From Blautia sp. (lineage in GTDB: Bacteria; Bacillota; Clostridia; Lachnospirales; Lachnospiraceae): a DNA stretch of 64,000 nt. The notes under the pieces were generated by a model. The model did no database searches. It worked only from the letters and a program-made list of their open reading frames with translations, and was not told the DNA's origin. The translations under genes and the position numbers were made by a program. Location: NCBI GenBank assembly GCA_029257775.1, contig JARIAQ010000007.1:1096-65095 (forward strand). The letters are read 5' to 3'. Position 1 is the first letter of the stretch, and each line of letters opens with the position of its first letter. This document shows, one piece after another, positions 47,356 to 57,778 of the stretch.

Positions 47356-49593
47356 ATGAAGAAAAACAGAGGGATACTTGTACTGGTTTTGACAGCAATC
47401 ATTACAGGATTTCTGATTTTTACCTCAGCAGTAGGATTTGGTCCTACCGGTACAGGGGCTGCAAAAAATATTAAGACAGGTTTGGACTTGTCTGGTGGTG
47501 TAAGTATTACATATGAAGCATCAAAAGAGTCACCTACAGAAGATGAGATGGCAGATACCATTTATAAGCTTCAAAAGCGTGTGGAAAATTACAGTACAGA
47601 AGCACAGGTTTATAAAGAAGGGGAAAATCGAATTATTGTAGAGATTCCTGGTGCAAAAGACGCAAATAAAATTTTAGAAGAACTGGGAAAACCAGGTTCT
47701 TTGTACTTTATTAAGCACAAAGATTCTGCTGGTCAAGAAAATTATGCGTTAAATGTAGAAACAAGAGAATATGAACTTACAAAAACCATTGAAGAAATTG
47801 AAGCAGATGGCGGTATTGTTCTGACAGGAACTGATATTAAAGATGCAAAAGCTGCAGTGGCACAAGATGATTTAAAGAATAACGTAAATGTAGTAAGTTT
47901 ATCTTTTACAAAGGAAGGAACAGATAAATTTGCTACTGCCACAAAAGAAGCCGTAGAGGCAGGGAATGATACCATTGGTATTTACTATGATGGCACTTTT
48001 GTTAGTGTTCCAAGTGTAAAACAGGAAATTAAAGATGGACAGGCACAAATTGATGGTATGAAAGATGCAGCAGAAGCAGAAAATCTGGCATCTACTATTC
48101 GTATCGGTGGTTTGAAGTTGGAATTAAATGAACTTCGCTCCAGTGTAGTTGCAGCGCAATTAGGTGAAAAGGCAATTTCCACCAGTTTAGTAGCAGCAGC
48201 TATTGGACTTGTGTTAATTATTTTATTTATGATTCTTGTATATCGAATTCCTGGGTTGGTGTCTAGTATCGCATTGATTATTTATGTATGCCTTGACTTG
48301 ATTGCCTTAAATGCTTTTGATTTGACATTGACCTTACAGGGGATTGCAGGTATTATTTTGTCAATTGGTATGGCAGTTGATGCAAATGTTATTATTTATG
48401 CTCGTATTCAAGAAGAAATTGCTTCTGGTAAGAGTGTAAGAACTTCCTTACAGAATGGATTTAAAAAAGCATTTTCTGCAATTTTTGATGGAAATATTAC
48501 AACATTGATTGCAGCATTTGTATTGAACTGGTTAGGTTCAGGAACTGTAAAAGGATTTGCACAGACTCTGGCACTTGGTATTGTATTATCTATGTTTACT
48601 GCATTAGTAATTTCTAAATATTTGATGTATGCGGTATATGCAGTTGGCGTTAAAAACGAGAAATTCTATGGAAAGATAAAAGAGAGAAAGCCGATTCCTT
48701 TTTTACAGAAAAGAAAAGTATTTTTTGCTTTATCACTGATTCTTATTTTATGTGCTCCTGTTTCTATGTTGATTTTTAAAGGATCAACAGGTGAATCTTT
48801 GAAATATAGTCTGGAATTTAAGGGTGGTACTTCTACAAATGTAGAATTTGATAAGGATATGAGTATTGCAGAAATTGATGCAGAACTGAAACCGTTAGTA
48901 GAAGAAGTTACAGGTGATAAAAATGTTCAGACAACAAAAGTTGTAGGAAATAATCAGGTTGTGATTAAAACAAGAACATTAAATGTAGAGCAGAGAGAAA
49001 ATCTGGAAAATGCGTTAATGGATCATTTTGGCGTAGAACAGGAAGATATTACATCTGAAAGTATTTCTTCTACTGTCAGCAGTGAAATGCGTGCAGATGC
49101 AGTAAAAGCGGTAATTGTGGCTACGATATTGATGCTTTTATATATCTGGTTTAGATTTAAAGATATTCGTTTTGCAAGTAGTGCAGTTATTGCTCTTTTG
49201 CACGATGTACTGGTTGTTTTGGCATTTTATGCAGTTGCAAGGGTTTCTGTGGGAAATACCTTTATTGCATGTATGCTGACGATTGTAGGTTATTCTATTA
49301 ATGCTACAATTGTTATCTTTGACCGTATTAGGGAAAATCTTGCAAATGCAGGTAAGAAGGAAGATTTAGAAACATTAGTTAATGCTAGTATTACACAGAC
49401 ACTTACAAGAAGTATTTATACTTCTTTAACAACCTTTATTATGGTATTCCTGTTGTTTATTATGGGAGTTTCAGCTATTCGTGAATTTGCCTTACCTCTT
49501 ATGGTAGGTATTTTATGTGGTGGATATTCTTCTGTATGTATTACAGGTGCACTTTGGTATGTTATGAAGAAAAAATTGAAAAAACAGCATTAG
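47356..49593 (+). CDS. secDF: Fused SecD/SecF translocase subunit
   Basis: GLDLSGG, GMAVDANVIIYARIQEE, LEFKGGT and GYSINATIVIFDRIREN. Confidence 0.95.
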   Translation: MKKNRGILVLVLTAIITGFLIFTSAVGFGPTGTGAAKNIKTGLDLSGGVSITYEASKESPTEDEMADTIYKLQKRVENYSTEAQVYKEGENRIIVEIPGAKDANKILEELGKPGSLYFIKHKDSAGQENYALNVETREYELTKTIEEIEADGGIVLTGTDIKDAKAAVAQDDLKNNVNVVSLSFTKEGTDKFATATKEAVEAGNDTIGIYYDGTFVSVPSVKQEIKDGQAQIDGMKDAAEAENLASTIRIGGLKLELNELRSSVVAAQLGEKAISTSLVAAAIGLVLIILFMILVYRIPGLVSSIALIIYVCLDLIALNAFDLTLTLQGIAGIILSIGMAVDANVIIYARIQEEIASGKSVRTSLQNGFKKAFSAIFDGNITTLIAAFVLNWLGSGTVKGFAQTLALGIVLSMFTALVISKYLMYAVYAVGVKNEKFYGKIKERKPIPFLQKRKVFFALSLILILCAPVSMLIFKGSTGESLKYSLEFKGGTSTNVEFDKDMSIAEIDAELKPLVEEVTGDKNVQTTKVVGNNQVVIKTRTLNVEQRENLENALMDHFGVEQEDITSESISSTVSSEMRADAVKAVIVATILMLLYIWFRFKDIRFASSAVIALLHDVLVVLAFYAVARVSVGNTFIACMLTIVGYSINATIVIFDRIRENLANAGKKEDLETLVNASITQTLTRSIYTSLTTFIMVFLLFIMGVSAIREFALPLMVGILCGGYSSVCITGALWYVMKKKLKKQH

Positions 49594-49634
49594 AAAGAAA
49601 AAGGAGCTGTCTTAAAACAGCTCCTTTTTCTTTC
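49593..49634 (+). terminator. Intrinsic terminator after secDF
   Basis: GAAAGAAAAAGGAGCTGT / ACAGCTCCTTTTTCTTTC. Confidence 0.85.
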
Positions 49635-49654
49635 TAAATAATAAGGTGAGAGAT

Positions 49655-51370
49655 ATGGAAAAATGGGTAGTTTCTGCTAAAAAAGCAGATTTTCAGAGAA
49701 TTAGCAATCATTTTGGTGTAGATCCTGTAATTGCAAGGTTAATTAGAAATCGAGAGCATATTACAGATGAAGAAATTGATAAATATCTTCATGGGAAAAT
49801 AGGGGATTTACATTCATGGAAAAAATTAAAAGGAATTGAAGAGTTATTAAATATTTTAGTAGAGAAAATACAGCAGCAGAAAAAAATCAGAATTATAGGA
49901 GATTATGATATTGATGGCGTGTGCTCTACATACATTCTTCTTCAGGGATTGAAAAAAGCCAATGCTTTGGTAGATGTAGATATACCAGATCGTATGAAAG
50001 ATGGATATGGTATTAGTAAGGAATTAATTGAACGGGCATATGAGAAACAAATTGATACGATTATTACTTGTGATAATGGGATTAGCGCTATTGAACAGAT
50101 TGCCTTTGCGAAGGAAAAAAATATGACAGTATTGGTTACAGATCATCATGAAATACCATATGAAGAAAAAGCAGATGGTAGTATTCAAAGGTTTTTGCCC
50201 TGTGCGGATGCAATTGTAAATCCTAAGCAGGAGGGATGTTCCTATCCGTTTAAGGAAATTTGTGGAGCAATGGTTGCATTTAAAGTGGTATGTGGTTTGT
50301 TCGAGAAGTTGAATATTCCTTTTTCACAAATTGAGGAATTAATTCCTTTTGCTGCCATTGCTACAGTAGGGGATGTGATGGATTTGGTTGAGGAAAATAG
50401 AATTTTAGTGAAGGAAGGCTTAAAGCGGATTCAAAATACCAACAATGAAGGTTTAAAAGCCCTTATTCGTGTCAATAATTTGGAGAATAAAGAAATTACA
50501 GCATATCATATAGGGTTCGTATTGGGACCATGTATTAATGCAAGCGGAAGGTTAAGTACTGCAAAAAGAGCGTTGGATCTTTTGCTTTCTAAAGATACAA
50601 AAGAAGCTTCTGTTTTAGCAGAAGATTTAAAAGAATTAAATGATAGTCGAAAGGATATGACAGTAAAAGGCGTAGAACAGGCAGTTGAAATTATTGAAAA
50701 TACAGAAATAAAAGAAGACAGAGTGCTAGTAATTTATCTTCCTGATTGCCATGAAAGTTTAGCTGGGATTATTGCAGGACGTATCCGAGAAAAATATACA
50801 AAGCCGGTTTTTGTGCTTACAAAGGGAGAAGAGAGTGTTAAAGGATCGGGACGATCTATTGAAGCATATCATATGTTTCAAGAAATGGTAAAATGTAAGG
50901 AATATCTTACAAAGTTTGGAGGACATCCTATGGCGGCAGGGCTTTCTATGGAAGAAGAAAATATTGAAAAATTCAGAAGAAAGTTAAATGAAAATTGTAC
51001 ATTGACTGAGGAAGATATGGTGGAAAAAGTAGTTATTGATGTGCCTATGCCCATGTCATACGTTACCATTCCTCTTATTCGTCAGTTAGGGCAACTGGAG
51101 CCCTTTGGGAAAGGAAATACAAAGCCAGTTTTTGCGCAAAAGGATATTCGATTTTTAAGATATAGGGTTTTAGGTAAAAATAGAAATGTGGTAAAAATGG
51201 TAGCTCAGGATACATCAGGATTTTCAATAGAGTGTGTTTGGTTTGGTGATGGAGATGAATTTTTAGAACGGATGAAAGAAAAAGAAAAGTGGGATGTGAT
51301 TTATTATCCGTCTGTTAATTCTTTTCAAGGTAGAGAGAATATTGAAATGATTGTGCAAAATATCCGTTGA
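49655..51370 (+). CDS. recJ: Single-stranded DNA exonuclease RecJ
   Basis: IIGDYDIDG, ITCDNG, VTDHH, TVGDVM, GSGRS and GGHPMAAG. Confidence 0.95.
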   Translation: MEKWVVSAKKADFQRISNHFGVDPVIARLIRNREHITDEEIDKYLHGKIGDLHSWKKLKGIEELLNILVEKIQQQKKIRIIGDYDIDGVCSTYILLQGLKKANALVDVDIPDRMKDGYGISKELIERAYEKQIDTIITCDNGISAIEQIAFAKEKNMTVLVTDHHEIPYEEKADGSIQRFLPCADAIVNPKQEGCSYPFKEICGAMVAFKVVCGLFEKLNIPFSQIEELIPFAAIATVGDVMDLVEENRILVKEGLKRIQNTNNEGLKALIRVNNLENKEITAYHIGFVLGPCINASGRLSTAKRALDLLLSKDTKEASVLAEDLKELNDSRKDMTVKGVEQAVEIIENTEIKEDRVLVIYLPDCHESLAGIIAGRIREKYTKPVFVLTKGEESVKGSGRSIEAYHMFQEMVKCKEYLTKFGGHPMAAGLSMEEENIEKFRRKLNENCTLTEEDMVEKVVIDVPMPMSYVTIPLIRQLGQLEPFGKGNTKPVFAQKDIRFLRYRVLGKNRNVVKMVAQDTSGFSIECVWFGDGDEFLERMKEKEKWDVIYYPSVNSFQGRENIEMIVQNIR

Positions 51371-51480
51371 GAAAAAATAAAATTTGCGTCTGTAGAAAAA
51401 AGATGATATACTAAACCACATAAAAATTACAAGAAAATCACAAAAATGACATAATTTGATATAAAGGGCAGGGGGATGCA

Positions 51481-52020
51481 ATGGAAAACGGTAAAAAGAA
51501 AAAAATTGAAGAATATATTAGAAGTATTCCTGATTTTCCGCAGGAGGGAATTATCTTTCGAGATGTTACCAGTATTTTAGAGGATGCAGATGGATTTGCT
51601 ATGGCAATTGACGCTATGCAGAAAATTTTAGAAGACATGGATGTTGATGTTATTGTAGGAACTGAGTCCAGAGGATTTATTTTTGGAGCTCCAATTGCGT
51701 ATAATTTACATAAACCTCTTGTATTAGTACGAAAAAAAGGGAAATTGCCTTGTGAAACAGTGGAGCAGAGTTATGATTTGGAATATGGAAGTGCAGTTAT
51801 TGAAATGCATAAAGAATCCATTAAACCAGGACAAAAGGTAGTGATTATTGATGATTTAATTGCTACAGGCGGTACAGTAGAAGCTGCTGCAAAGCTGATT
51901 GAAAGTCTTGGAGGTGAAGTAGTGAAAATGGTATTTCTTATGGAACTTGCAGGATTAAAAGGAAGAGAAAGATTAAAGAAGTATGATGTTGAATCTGTAA
52001 TATGTTATGAAGGAAAATAA
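51481..52020 (+). CDS. apt: Adenine phosphoribosyltransferase
   Basis: IPDFPQEGIIFRD, ESRGFIFG, YDLEYG and IIDDLIATGGT. Confidence 0.97.
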   Translation: MENGKKKKIEEYIRSIPDFPQEGIIFRDVTSILEDADGFAMAIDAMQKILEDMDVDVIVGTESRGFIFGAPIAYNLHKPLVLVRKKGKLPCETVEQSYDLEYGSAVIEMHKESIKPGQKVVIIDDLIATGGTVEAAAKLIESLGGEVVKMVFLMELAGLKGRERLKKYDVESVICYEGK

Positions 52021-52052
52021 AATCAGATGATGGATAAGAGGTGATGTTTTTT

Positions 52053-54362
52053 ATGGAGGAAAAAATAGAAGCTGCCTTAAAAGCAGATGAAATTGAAAAA
52101 ATTAAAGAGGCAGATGCCAGTGTGAAGACCATGGAGGATTTCACCAGTCCGGAGGTACTCTATCAGGAGTTGATTAAGAGTGTTCGGAAATACCATCCAT
52201 CTACTGATATTTCTATGATTGATAAGGCATTTCAAATTGCTAATAATGCACATAAAGGACAGGTTAGAAAATCTGGCGAGCCATATATTATTCATCCTCT
52301 CTGTGTGGCAATTATATTAGCTGATCTAGAACTTGATAAAGAAACAATTGTAGCAGGATTACTCCATGATGTAGTAGAAGATACGGTTATGACTTCAGAA
52401 CAAATTCGTCAGGAGTTCAGTGGAGAAGTAGAACTTTTAGTAGATGGTGTGACAAAATTAGGACAGCTTAGTTATTCTGCGGATAAGGTAGAGGTGCAAG
52501 CAGAAAATTTAAGAAAAATGTTTTTAGCCATGGCAAAAGATATTCGAGTTATTTTAATTAAGCTGGCAGACCGTTTGCACAATATGCGCACACTAAAATA
52601 TATGCCACCGCATAAACAAAAAGAAAAAGCAAGAGAAACGATGGATATCTATGCGCCTATTGCTCAGCGCCTGGGTATTTCTAAGGTGAAGATTGAACTG
52701 GACGATTTATCTCTTAAATATTTAGAGCCGGAAGTCTACTATGATTTAGTAGAAAAAATAAATTTGAAAAAGAGTGAACGCCAGGCTTTTATTGATCAGA
52801 TTGTAGGAGATGTACGAAATCATATTGAAAAAGCATCAATTAATGCTCAGATAGATGGAAGAATTAAACATTTCTTTAGTATTTATAAGAAAATGGTTAA
52901 TCAGGATAAAACTTTAGATCAGATTTATGATTTATTTGCTGTGCGAATTATTGTGGATACGGTACGTGATTGTTATGCAGCACTTGGTATTATCCATGAA
53001 ATGTATAAGCCAATTCCTGGAAGGTTCAAAGATTACATTGCTATGCCAAAACCTAATATGTATCAATCTCTGCACACAACTCTTATAGGACCAAATGGAC
53101 AGCCTTTTGAAATTCAAATCAGAACATTTGAAATGCACAGAACAGCGGAATATGGTATTGCTGCCCATTGGAAATATAAAGAGGTTTCTAATAATGGAAA
53201 AGTGAGTGTTACACAGTCAGAAGAAGAAAAGATGAGTTGGTTGCGCCAAATTTTGGAATGGCAACGAGATATGTCTGACAACAAGGAGTTTTTGAGCCTT
53301 TTAAAAAGTGACTTAGATTTATTTTCAGAGAGTGTGTATTGTTTTACACCGGCAGGAGATGTAAAAACTTTACCAAATGGATCTACACCAATCGATTTTG
53401 CTTATAACGTGCATAGTGCAGTGGGAAATAAAATGGTAGGTGCCAGAGTAAACGGAAAGTTGGTTCCTATTGAGTACGTGATTAAAAATGGTGACCGTGT
53501 AGAGATTATTACTTCTCAGAACTCAAAGGGACCTAGCCGTGATTGGTTAAAAGTGGTTAAGAGCACGCAGGCAAAAAATAAGATTAATCAGTGGTTTAAG
53601 CAGGAATTAAAAGAGGATAATATTTTAAAAGGTAAGGAAATGCTTATCCAATATGCCAAAGTAAAGGCTATTTCTTTGGGAGAGATCCAAAAACCAAAAT
53701 ATCAGGAAGCAGTTATGAAAAAATATGGTTTCCGAGACTGGGATTCTGTTTTGGCTGCACTGGGACATGGAGGCTTAAAAGAGGGCCAAATTATTAATAA
53801 ACTATTGGAAGTTTATAATAAGGATCATAAAGCTGAGCTGACGGACGAAAAGGTATTAGAGGCAACAGCGGAGCATAAGGAAAAACTTCATATTGGAAAG
53901 AGCAAGGGCGGCATTGTAGTAAAAGGAATTCATGATGTAGCAGTTCGTTTTTCTAAGTGTTGTAATCCAATTCCAGGTGATGAAATTGTAGGATATGTAA
54001 CCCGAGGCAGAGGTGTTACTATTCATCGTACAGATTGTATTAACGTAATGAATATGTCTGCAGAAGATAGAAATCGCCTTATTGATGCGGAATGGCAGGT
54101 ACCTGCCCACGAGAGTTGCGAGCACTATATGGCAAACATCAATGTGTTTGCTTATAATCGTACTGGTTTAATTGTTGATATTTCGAAAATTTTTACAGAG
54201 AAAAAAATAGATATTCTTGCTTTAAATACAAGAATTAGCAAACAGGGAACAGCAACAATTAATATCTGTTTTGAAGTAAGAAGTAAAGAAGAATTAAATG
54301 GTATGATTGAAAAAATTAGACAAATTGACAGTGTGAAAGATATTGAACGTACTGCCGGTTAA
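52053..54362 (+). CDS. rel: Bifunctional (p)ppGpp synthetase/hydrolase
   Basis: HKGQVRKSGEPYIIHP, LLHDVVEDT, KLADRLHNMRT, YQSLHT and EIQIRT; TGS and ACT domains. Confidence 0.96.
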   Translation: MEEKIEAALKADEIEKIKEADASVKTMEDFTSPEVLYQELIKSVRKYHPSTDISMIDKAFQIANNAHKGQVRKSGEPYIIHPLCVAIILADLELDKETIVAGLLHDVVEDTVMTSEQIRQEFSGEVELLVDGVTKLGQLSYSADKVEVQAENLRKMFLAMAKDIRVILIKLADRLHNMRTLKYMPPHKQKEKARETMDIYAPIAQRLGISKVKIELDDLSLKYLEPEVYYDLVEKINLKKSERQAFIDQIVGDVRNHIEKASINAQIDGRIKHFFSIYKKMVNQDKTLDQIYDLFAVRIIVDTVRDCYAALGIIHEMYKPIPGRFKDYIAMPKPNMYQSLHTTLIGPNGQPFEIQIRTFEMHRTAEYGIAAHWKYKEVSNNGKVSVTQSEEEKMSWLRQILEWQRDMSDNKEFLSLLKSDLDLFSESVYCFTPAGDVKTLPNGSTPIDFAYNVHSAVGNKMVGARVNGKLVPIEYVIKNGDRVEIITSQNSKGPSRDWLKVVKSTQAKNKINQWFKQELKEDNILKGKEMLIQYAKVKAISLGEIQKPKYQEAVMKKYGFRDWDSVLAALGHGGLKEGQIINKLLEVYNKDHKAELTDEKVLEATAEHKEKLHIGKSKGGIVVKGIHDVAVRFSKCCNPIPGDEIVGYVTRGRGVTIHRTDCINVMNMSAEDRNRLIDAEWQVPAHESCEHYMANINVFAYNRTGLIVDISKIFTEKKIDILALNTRISKQGTATINICFEVRSKEELNGMIEKIRQIDSVKDIERTAG

Positions 54363-54371
54363 GGAGAAAAA

Positions 54372-55004
54372 ATGAAGAAGTTAATGCTAAGAGGGATTGT
54401 GGTAGGTCCTGTTTGTACAAATTGTTATTTCTTAAAAAATAAGCAGACGCAGGAAACTATAATTGTAGATCCTGGTGCAGAGGAGGAAAAGATTATTTCC
54501 GCCTTGAAGCAATTACAGGGGAAACCGGTTGGTATTTTATTAACACATGGGCATTATGATCATGTGTGTGCGGTAAATGAATTAAAAGAGTATTATCAAA
54601 TTCCGGTGTATGCAGCAAAGACAGAGGAAGTACTGTTAGCAGATGCCAACCAAAATCTTTCTGCGGCATGGTCTGGCGTTCCTTATAAAGTGAAAGCAGA
54701 TGTTTTATTAGAAGATGGAGAAGAAATCCAGGTGGCAGGTTTTGAAATAACCACTATTTTTACACCAGGGCACACAATAGGTTCTTGCTGTTATTGGCTT
54801 AAGGAAGAAGAGGTTTGTTTTAGTGGAGACACCGTATTTTATGGAAATTGTGGTAGATGTGATCTTCCTACAGGAAATATGAGCCAGATGAGAAAGAGTC
54901 TAAATAAAATTTTCACCATGTTGCCGGAAAAAACGGTGATTTATCCTGGACATGGTGAGGAAACAGATGTAGAGTTTGAAAAGAAAAACAATCCTTATTT
55001 ATAA
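54372..55004 (+). CDS. MBL-fold metallo-hydrolase (glyoxalase II-like)
   Basis: THGHYDH, TPGHT, FSGD and PGHG. Confidence 0.9.
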   Translation: MKKLMLRGIVVGPVCTNCYFLKNKQTQETIIVDPGAEEEKIISALKQLQGKPVGILLTHGHYDHVCAVNELKEYYQIPVYAAKTEEVLLADANQNLSAAWSGVPYKVKADVLLEDGEEIQVAGFEITTIFTPGHTIGSCCYWLKEEEVCFSGDTVFYGNCGRCDLPTGNMSQMRKSLNKIFTMLPEKTVIYPGHGEETDVEFEKKNNPYL

Positions 55005-55030
55005 GAAAAATATAGAAAGAGGAAGAACCC

Positions 55031-56482
55031 ATGATAGGAATTTCCTTTAATAAAAAAGAATTTGAATATGATGCCTATACTCTGGTGAAGGCTTTTTATC
55101 CTAAAGAGGATATTGAAATGTATAATACAGAGGAAACCAAAGAAGAAAGAAGTTATGATAAGCTGATTTCTATTCATTATAGTGAAAAGGTAGTGATTCG
55201 ACTGTGCTTTGAGGGTAGAGTGCGTCAGGGTGAACAGGCATTTGATAAAGCAGAAGATAGAAAAATCAGAAAGAATAAATTAAAACAGGTGTTATATCAG
55301 CTTCTGGTGGAAGAAACAGGACACACATTACCTTGGGGAAATTTAACAGGAATTCGTCCTACGAAGATTGCCATGGGACTAATAGAGTCTGGTATGAGTA
55401 ATGTGGAAGTGGCAGAATATATGAGAAAAACTTATTACACCAGTAATGAAAAGACAGCACTTTCTATTACGATAGCGAACAGAGAAAGAGAAATTTTAAA
55501 GAATATTGATTATGAGAACGGATACAGCTTATATGTGGGGATTCCTTTTTGTCCAAGTATATGCCTGTATTGTTCTTTTAGTTCCTCACCTTTAGAAAGA
55601 TGGCGTGATAAAGTTGATAGTTATTTAGATGCCTTATTAAAAGAGTTGGACTTTATTGCAGAAATTATGAAGGATAAAACTTTAGATACCATATATATAG
55701 GCGGAGGAACACCAACTACTTTAGAGCCACAACAAATTCATCGTTTATTGGGATATATACAGAAAAGGTTTCCTGTAGATCAGGTAAAGGAATATACCAT
55801 AGAAGCAGGAAGACCAGATAGTATTACGAAAGACAAACTAGAAGCAATTCGAAAATATCCTGTTACAAGAATTTCTGTAAATCCTCAGACAATGAATGAG
55901 GAGACTTTGAAGATTATTGGAAGGAATCATACTGTGGAGGATACCCGACACGCCTTCGCATTGGCGAGGGAATGTGGATTTAATAATATTAATATGGATT
56001 TAATTGTAGGTCTGCCGGGAGAACATAAAGAAGATGTGGAACATACATTAAAAGAAATTCAGGTACTTGACCCAGATAGTCTTACGATACATTCATTAGC
56101 TGTGAAAAGAGCGGCAAGGCTTCGGATGTTTAAAGATCAGTATGAGGAAATGGGATTTGAGAATAATCAAGAAATTATGGAAATGGCCATGAAATATGCC
56201 AGAGAATGTGAGATGGGGCCATATTATTTGTATCGACAGAAAAATATGTGCGGAAATTTAGAAAATGTAGGTTATGCAAAAGTTGACAAAGCAGGAATTT
56301 ACAATATACTTATAATGGAAGAAAAGCAAACAATTATAGCTGCAGGGGCAGGAGCATCTACAAAGCTGGTTTCAGAAAAAGGACAGCGTATTGAGCGTAT
56401 AGAAAATGTAAAAGATGTTACCAACTATATAAGTCGTATTGATGAAATGATTGCAAGAAAAAGAGATGGAATTGTATTGTAA
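55031..56482 (+). CDS. hemZ: HemZ-like radical SAM protein (coproporphyrinogen dehydrogenase-like; function uncertain)
   Basis: WGNLTGIRP, YVGIPFCPSICLYCSF, GGGTPT, EAGRPD and YYLYRQK. Confidence 0.88.
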   Translation: MIGISFNKKEFEYDAYTLVKAFYPKEDIEMYNTEETKEERSYDKLISIHYSEKVVIRLCFEGRVRQGEQAFDKAEDRKIRKNKLKQVLYQLLVEETGHTLPWGNLTGIRPTKIAMGLIESGMSNVEVAEYMRKTYYTSNEKTALSITIANREREILKNIDYENGYSLYVGIPFCPSICLYCSFSSSPLERWRDKVDSYLDALLKELDFIAEIMKDKTLDTIYIGGGTPTTLEPQQIHRLLGYIQKRFPVDQVKEYTIEAGRPDSITKDKLEAIRKYPVTRISVNPQTMNEETLKIIGRNHTVEDTRHAFALARECGFNNINMDLIVGLPGEHKEDVEHTLKEIQVLDPDSLTIHSLAVKRAARLRMFKDQYEEMGFENNQEIMEMAMKYARECEMGPYYLYRQKNMCGNLENVGYAKVDKAGIYNILIMEEKQTIIAAGAGASTKLVSEKGQRIERIENVKDVTNYISRIDEMIARKRDGIVL

Positions 56483-56501
56483 AAAGATAGGAGAAGTAAG
56501 T

Positions 56502-57761
56502 ATGAGCTTAAAGAAAAAACCAGTAACTGGTATGAAAGATATTTTACCTCAGGAAATGGAAATCCGTGATTATGTCATTGGATTAATTAAGGATACGTAC
56601 AAACAATTTGGATTTACATCTATGGAGGCACCTTGTGTAGAACATATTGAAAATTTAACAAGTAAGCAAGGTGGAGATAACGAAAAATTGATTTTTCGTA
56701 TTTTAAAAAGAGGGGAAAAGTTAAAAATTGATGAGGCAAAGGAAGAAAATGATTTAGTGGATAGCGGTTTGCGTTATGATTTGACAGTGCCTCTTTGTCG
56801 CTTTTATTCTAATCATGCAAATGAGCTGCCTCAGCCATTTAAGGCGCTTCATATTGGAAATGTATTTCGTGCAGATCGTCCTCAAAGAGGCCGTTTCCGT
56901 CAATTTATGCAGTGTGATATTGATATTTTAGGTGATCCTACATTTTTAGCGGAAATTGATGTAATTTTGGCTACATCTACTTTAGTAGGAAAATTAGATT
57001 TTGATAGTTTTACCATTCGTATTAATGATAGAAGAATTTTAAAAGCAATGGCAGCATACAGTGGATTTCCAGAAGAATCCTTTACACAGGTATTTATTAT
57101 TTTAGATAAAATGGATAAAATTGGAATGGATGGTGTTGCAAAAGAACTAGAAGAATCTGGTTTTGCAAAAGAAAGTGTAGAAAAATATATGGACTTATTC
57201 AAAGCTATGGAGAATGGCATTGAAGGTGTTGCATATTGTAAAGAAAAACTGGAAGGTTTTCTGGATGCGAAGGTGGCAGATGACTTAACAACCATTATCG
57301 AAAGTGTTATGCAAGCAAAAACAGCTAATTTTAATTTGGAATTTGATCCTACACTGGTTCGTGGAATGTCTTATTATACAGGACCAATTTTTGAGATTTC
57401 CATTGATGGATTTGCAGGAAGCGTTGGCGGTGGTGGACGTTATGATGAAATGATTGGTAAATTTACAGGAACACCTACACCGGCAACAGGATTTTCCATT
57501 GGATTTGAGCGTATTGTAATGTTGCTCATGGAAAGAGGATTCCAAGTTCCAGGGGCAAAAGAAAAGAAAGTATATCTTTTGGATAAGAAGCTTTCTAATG
57601 AAAAACTTTTGGAAGTTATGAAAAAAGCAGCAGAAGAACGTAAAGCAGGTCAGAATATTAATATTGCTTATGCAAAGAAAAATAAAAAATTCCAAAAAGA
57701 TCAGTTGGAAAAAGAAGGATATGCAATTATTAAAGAAGTTTATAATGACACTGTTTTATAA
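56502..57761 (+). CDS. hisS: Histidine--tRNA ligase
   Basis: GMKDILP, LRYDLTVPLCR, FRADRPQRGRFRQFMQCD, RGMSYYTG and GGGRYD. Confidence 0.95.
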   Translation: MSLKKKPVTGMKDILPQEMEIRDYVIGLIKDTYKQFGFTSMEAPCVEHIENLTSKQGGDNEKLIFRILKRGEKLKIDEAKEENDLVDSGLRYDLTVPLCRFYSNHANELPQPFKALHIGNVFRADRPQRGRFRQFMQCDIDILGDPTFLAEIDVILATSTLVGKLDFDSFTIRINDRRILKAMAAYSGFPEESFTQVFIILDKMDKIGMDGVAKELEESGFAKESVEKYMDLFKAMENGIEGVAYCKEKLEGFLDAKVADDLTTIIESVMQAKTANFNLEFDPTLVRGMSYYTGPIFEISIDGFAGSVGGGGRYDEMIGKFTGTPTPATGFSIGFERIVMLLMERGFQVPGAKEKKVYLLDKKLSNEKLLEVMKKAAEERKAGQNINIAYAKKNKKFQKDQLEKEGYAIIKEVYNDTVL

Positions 57762-57778
57762 AAAGGAGAAATTATATC

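Noticed and set aside
55031-56482. Heme biosynthesis inferred from hemZ
   Set aside because: HemZ-like radical SAM proteins in this rel-hisS context are not established coproporphyrinogen oxidases, and no other hem genes are present.
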